Both the position numbers and the translations under genes were made by a program. From the human T2T-CHM13v2.0 reference genome, Homo sapiens, in the NCBI RefSeq assembly GCF_009914755.1, contig NC_060931.1: a DNA stretch of 64,000 bases. One strand, 5' to 3'. Positions 60,972 through 64,000 of this stretch are shown piece after piece (the stretch's first letter is position 1; every line of letters starts with the position of its first letter). The notes beneath the pieces were generated by a model, which was not told the DNA's origin, made no database searches, and saw nothing but the letters and a program-made list of their open reading frames with translations.

Positions 60972-62219
60972 TGTCAGAGGCATTTGAACCAGACTGACTC
61001 CGTCTTGAATAGCGGTTGGGTAAAGTAAGGCTGAGACTTACCGGGCTGCATTCCCAGAAGGTTAAGGTGTTCTTAGTCACAAGATGAGGTAGGAGGTGGG
61101 CACAAGGTGCACGTCACAAAGACCTTGCTGATAAACAGTTAGCGGTAAAGAAGCCAGCCAAAACCCACCAAGATGGTGACAAAAGTGACTTCTGGTTGTC
61201 CTCACTGTTCATTATACGTTAATTATAATGCATTGGCATGCTAAAAGACACTTCCACCAGTGCCACGACAGTTTACAAATGCCATGGCAACTTCATGGAA
61301 GTTACCCTGTATGGTCTAAAAAAGGGAGGAACTTTCAGTTCCCCAGGAATTGCCCACCCCTTTCCTAGAAAACTCAGGAATTATCCACACCTTGTTTCAT
61401 ATAATCAAGAAATAACCATAAAGATGATCAACCAGCAGCTCAGTCTGCTGCTCTGCATATGGAGTAGCTATTCTTTATTCTTTTACTTTCCTAATAAACT
61501 TGCTTTCACTTTTGTTACTGGAAAGGAGTCCCAATCTAGACCCAAAGAGAGGGTTCTTGGACTTCTTACAAGAAAGAATTTGGGGCGAATCCATACAGTA
61601 AAGTGAAAACAAGATTATTAAGAAAGTAAAGGAATAAAATAATTGCTACTCCATAGGCAGAGCAGCAACATGGGCTGCTCTTTGGCTTTTTTTATGGTTA
61701 TTTCTTAATTATATGGTAAACAAGGGGTGGATTATTCATGAGTTTTCCAGGAAAAGGGTGGGCAATTCCTGGAACTGAGGGTTCCTCCCCTTTTTAGATC
61801 ATATACGATAACTTCCTGAAGTTGCCATAGCATTTGTAAACTGTCATGGTGCTGATGGGAGTGTCTTTTAGCAGGCTAATCCATTATAATGAGCATATAA
61901 TGAGGAGTGAGGATGAAGTCACTTTTGTCACCATCTTGGTTTTGGTGAGTTTTGGACTTCTTTACCAATCCTTTTATCAGCAAGGTCTTTGTAACCCATA
62001 CCTTGTGCTGACCTCCTATCTCACTCATCCTGTGACTTAGAATGCCTAACTTCCTGGGAATGCAGCCCAGTAGGTCTCAGCCTTATCTTACCCATCCCCT
62101 ATTCAAGATGGAGTTGCGCTGGTTTGAATACTTCTAACAGATTCGCCTCAAATTCTTTCTTGTGTGAAATCCAAGAACTCTCTCTTGTGGTCCGGACTGG
62201 GACCTCTTTTCTGATAACA
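60972..62219 (+). mobile_element. MER41(B-like) solo LTR in two pieces (60972-61512 and 62140-62219)
   Basis: TGTCAGAGGCATTTGAACCAG...CTGATAACA; TSD GTGC/GTGT. Confidence 0.88.
61513..62139 (-). mobile_element. Second MER41(B-like) LTR nested in inverted orientation
   Basis: Reverse complement TGTTAGAAGTATTCAAACCAG...TTTCCAGTAACA; GAS motifs TTCCAGGAA (61745) and TTCCTGGAA (61766). Confidence 0.88.
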
Positions 62220-62929
62220 GTGTGTGCCACAAGGAATGCCTCAAAGAAGAACACTGCACTGACAATTTCTAAACAGCAGCTTATTAGGGAAAGTGAGAGC
62301 AAATTGTTTTGCTTATGCATTGGCTCTGGAGTTCTCAGGGCAAGATGTCAGAAGCAGGATGCATCTTTGGATTGGTTGCGTTCTTAAAAGGAGGATGGTT
62401 GGAAGTGAGATGAGATTCTAAGTGAAGAGAAGAAGTGTTGAGTCATCACACGTTGTGAGGCTGCAATTACAAAGCTGATGATGATGGTTGTTCCGTTTTT
62501 CAGGATGAGGGAGGAGAAAGGCAAATTAAACTGAAATGTTATACCTTTCCAAAATTAAAATCTCCATTTTTGTAACTATTCACTGTATGAAATATACTTT
62601 AACAAAACTTCAAATACACAAGAGGAAATATCTAATTAAATGCCATCTTGCCTTCAACAGCTAAAAGCTATGTGAAATCAATTCTATCTCCATGTTTCTG
62701 TATACACATTGTTTTATAAAACTGATATACTTCAAGAAAGGAAGATAGCTATCTAAAGCCATCAGTTACTGGGTGTCAAAACTGAGATATAAAGTTTGTA
62801 TCGACTGTTCTAAATTCATTTATTCATTCTTTCCTTCATATGACTACTAGTTCCATGCTACAAGTTACCACCCAGAATGCCCAGCTCCAAGGATATACTG
62901 GTGCACAGCAAAAGTAGACTAGTCAATGT

Positions 62930-63715
62930 CTTCTGTAACATAATTTACGTACAACGAAATATTCAATCTTAAGAGTAACGTCACCCTAGAAAGTTCTCTG
63001 ATGCCTCTTTCTAATCAATTTCCTCCCCATCCTTTGTGAGTTAAAGAACATTGTGATTTTTTTTCTGCTATAACTTAGTTTTACCTGTTCTAGAACTTCA
63101 CATAAATGGAATCATTCATGTATTCTTTATACACATGGAATTGTTTGTGGCTTTTGTGTGAGGCTTTTAAAAAAAAAACTGAGCATAATATTTTTGAGAT
63201 TCATTCTTGTTGTACATTAATCATTTATTGCTGTGTAACATTCCATTGTGGATACAGCACAATTTGTTTATTCATTCTAATAATGGACACTTGGGCTGTG
63301 TCCAGTTTTTTTCTATGATGAATAAAAATGCCATGAACATTCCTGTACAAGGCTTTTTGTAGGACTGACACTAGAAATTCCAGCTACTTGGGAGGTTAGG
63401 ATGGGAAGATCGCTTGAAGTCTGGAGTTCCAGGCTGCAGTGAGGTATGATCACACCACGGCACTCCGATCTAGACAATAGACTGAGACCCCATATGTAAA
63501 GAAAAAAAACCTCTTTTTATAAATATATGTTTTCATTCCTGGGGTATAAGGCATATATAAATTAATTTTATACAAAAAAGCCAGATCATTTTTCAAAGAA
63601 GTTGTGCCATTTAACTCTCCCACTAACAATATGTGAGTGTTTGTATTGTTCTACGACCTCATCAACATTTAATATTGTCGCTCTTTTTAAAATTTTAGCC
63701 CTTATTGTGGATCCA
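62930..63715 (-). mobile_element. Old L1 (L1MC/MD) 3' relic containing a plus-strand Alu right monomer (FRAM-like, ~63375-63510)
   Basis: TTTACCTGTTCTAGAACTTCACATAAATGGAATCAT...; CCAGCTACTTGGGAGG...GAGACCC plus A tail. Confidence 0.7.
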
Positions 63716-64000
63716 TCCATAGATAATTTAAAGAAAAAGTACACAAATTTATTTTCTTATTTCCTAATAACATTCCCATTGATTATATACTCCCATTATA
63801 TTTCTAACTTTTTTCAAACATTCTTGTAGTAGGCTTGGAAATATCCCGTATTAATATCTGGGTAAAGTGTGCCTTCTTATTTGCATAATAATGAGCAAGG
63901 CCTTGTAAATTAGGGAAAATAACTTTCTGTTATTTGAGGTTTGACTTGGTGAGTCCAAGGTTCTTTCGTCATCTTGGAAAAGAAGTTATGAATCTTCCTC

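Overview
Human genomic DNA (a diagnostic AluYa5 is present), repeat-rich, with no intact protein-coding gene that I can recognise. 1-13.8 kb is an old primate L1 (L1PA7/8-like) split by a two-LTR HERV9/LTR12 provirus (2098-11230; 4-bp TSD; RT core deleted; AluYa5 in its integrase). 15.1-20.2 kb is an L1PA4-like element with an intact 5' end and most of its endonuclease domain deleted. 22.2-27.1 kb is a processed APH1B pseudogene (internally deleted CDS, long 3'UTR, poly(A), TSD) carrying a MER11 solo LTR. The remainder is AT-rich unique sequence with MaLR/ERV LTRs, Alus, MIR/L2 and DNA-transposon relics. I found no convincing novel biological system. The most unusual signals are structural: a 64-bp templated insertion at an L1 deletion junction copied from about 1.9 kb away, an exact 108-bp tandem duplication that includes an Alu TSD, an inverted MER41-in-MER41 nest with STAT (GAS) motifs, and asymmetric CpG decay between the provirus LTRs. 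Repeat subfamily names come from my memory of consensus sequences and need RepeatMasker/Dfam confirmation.
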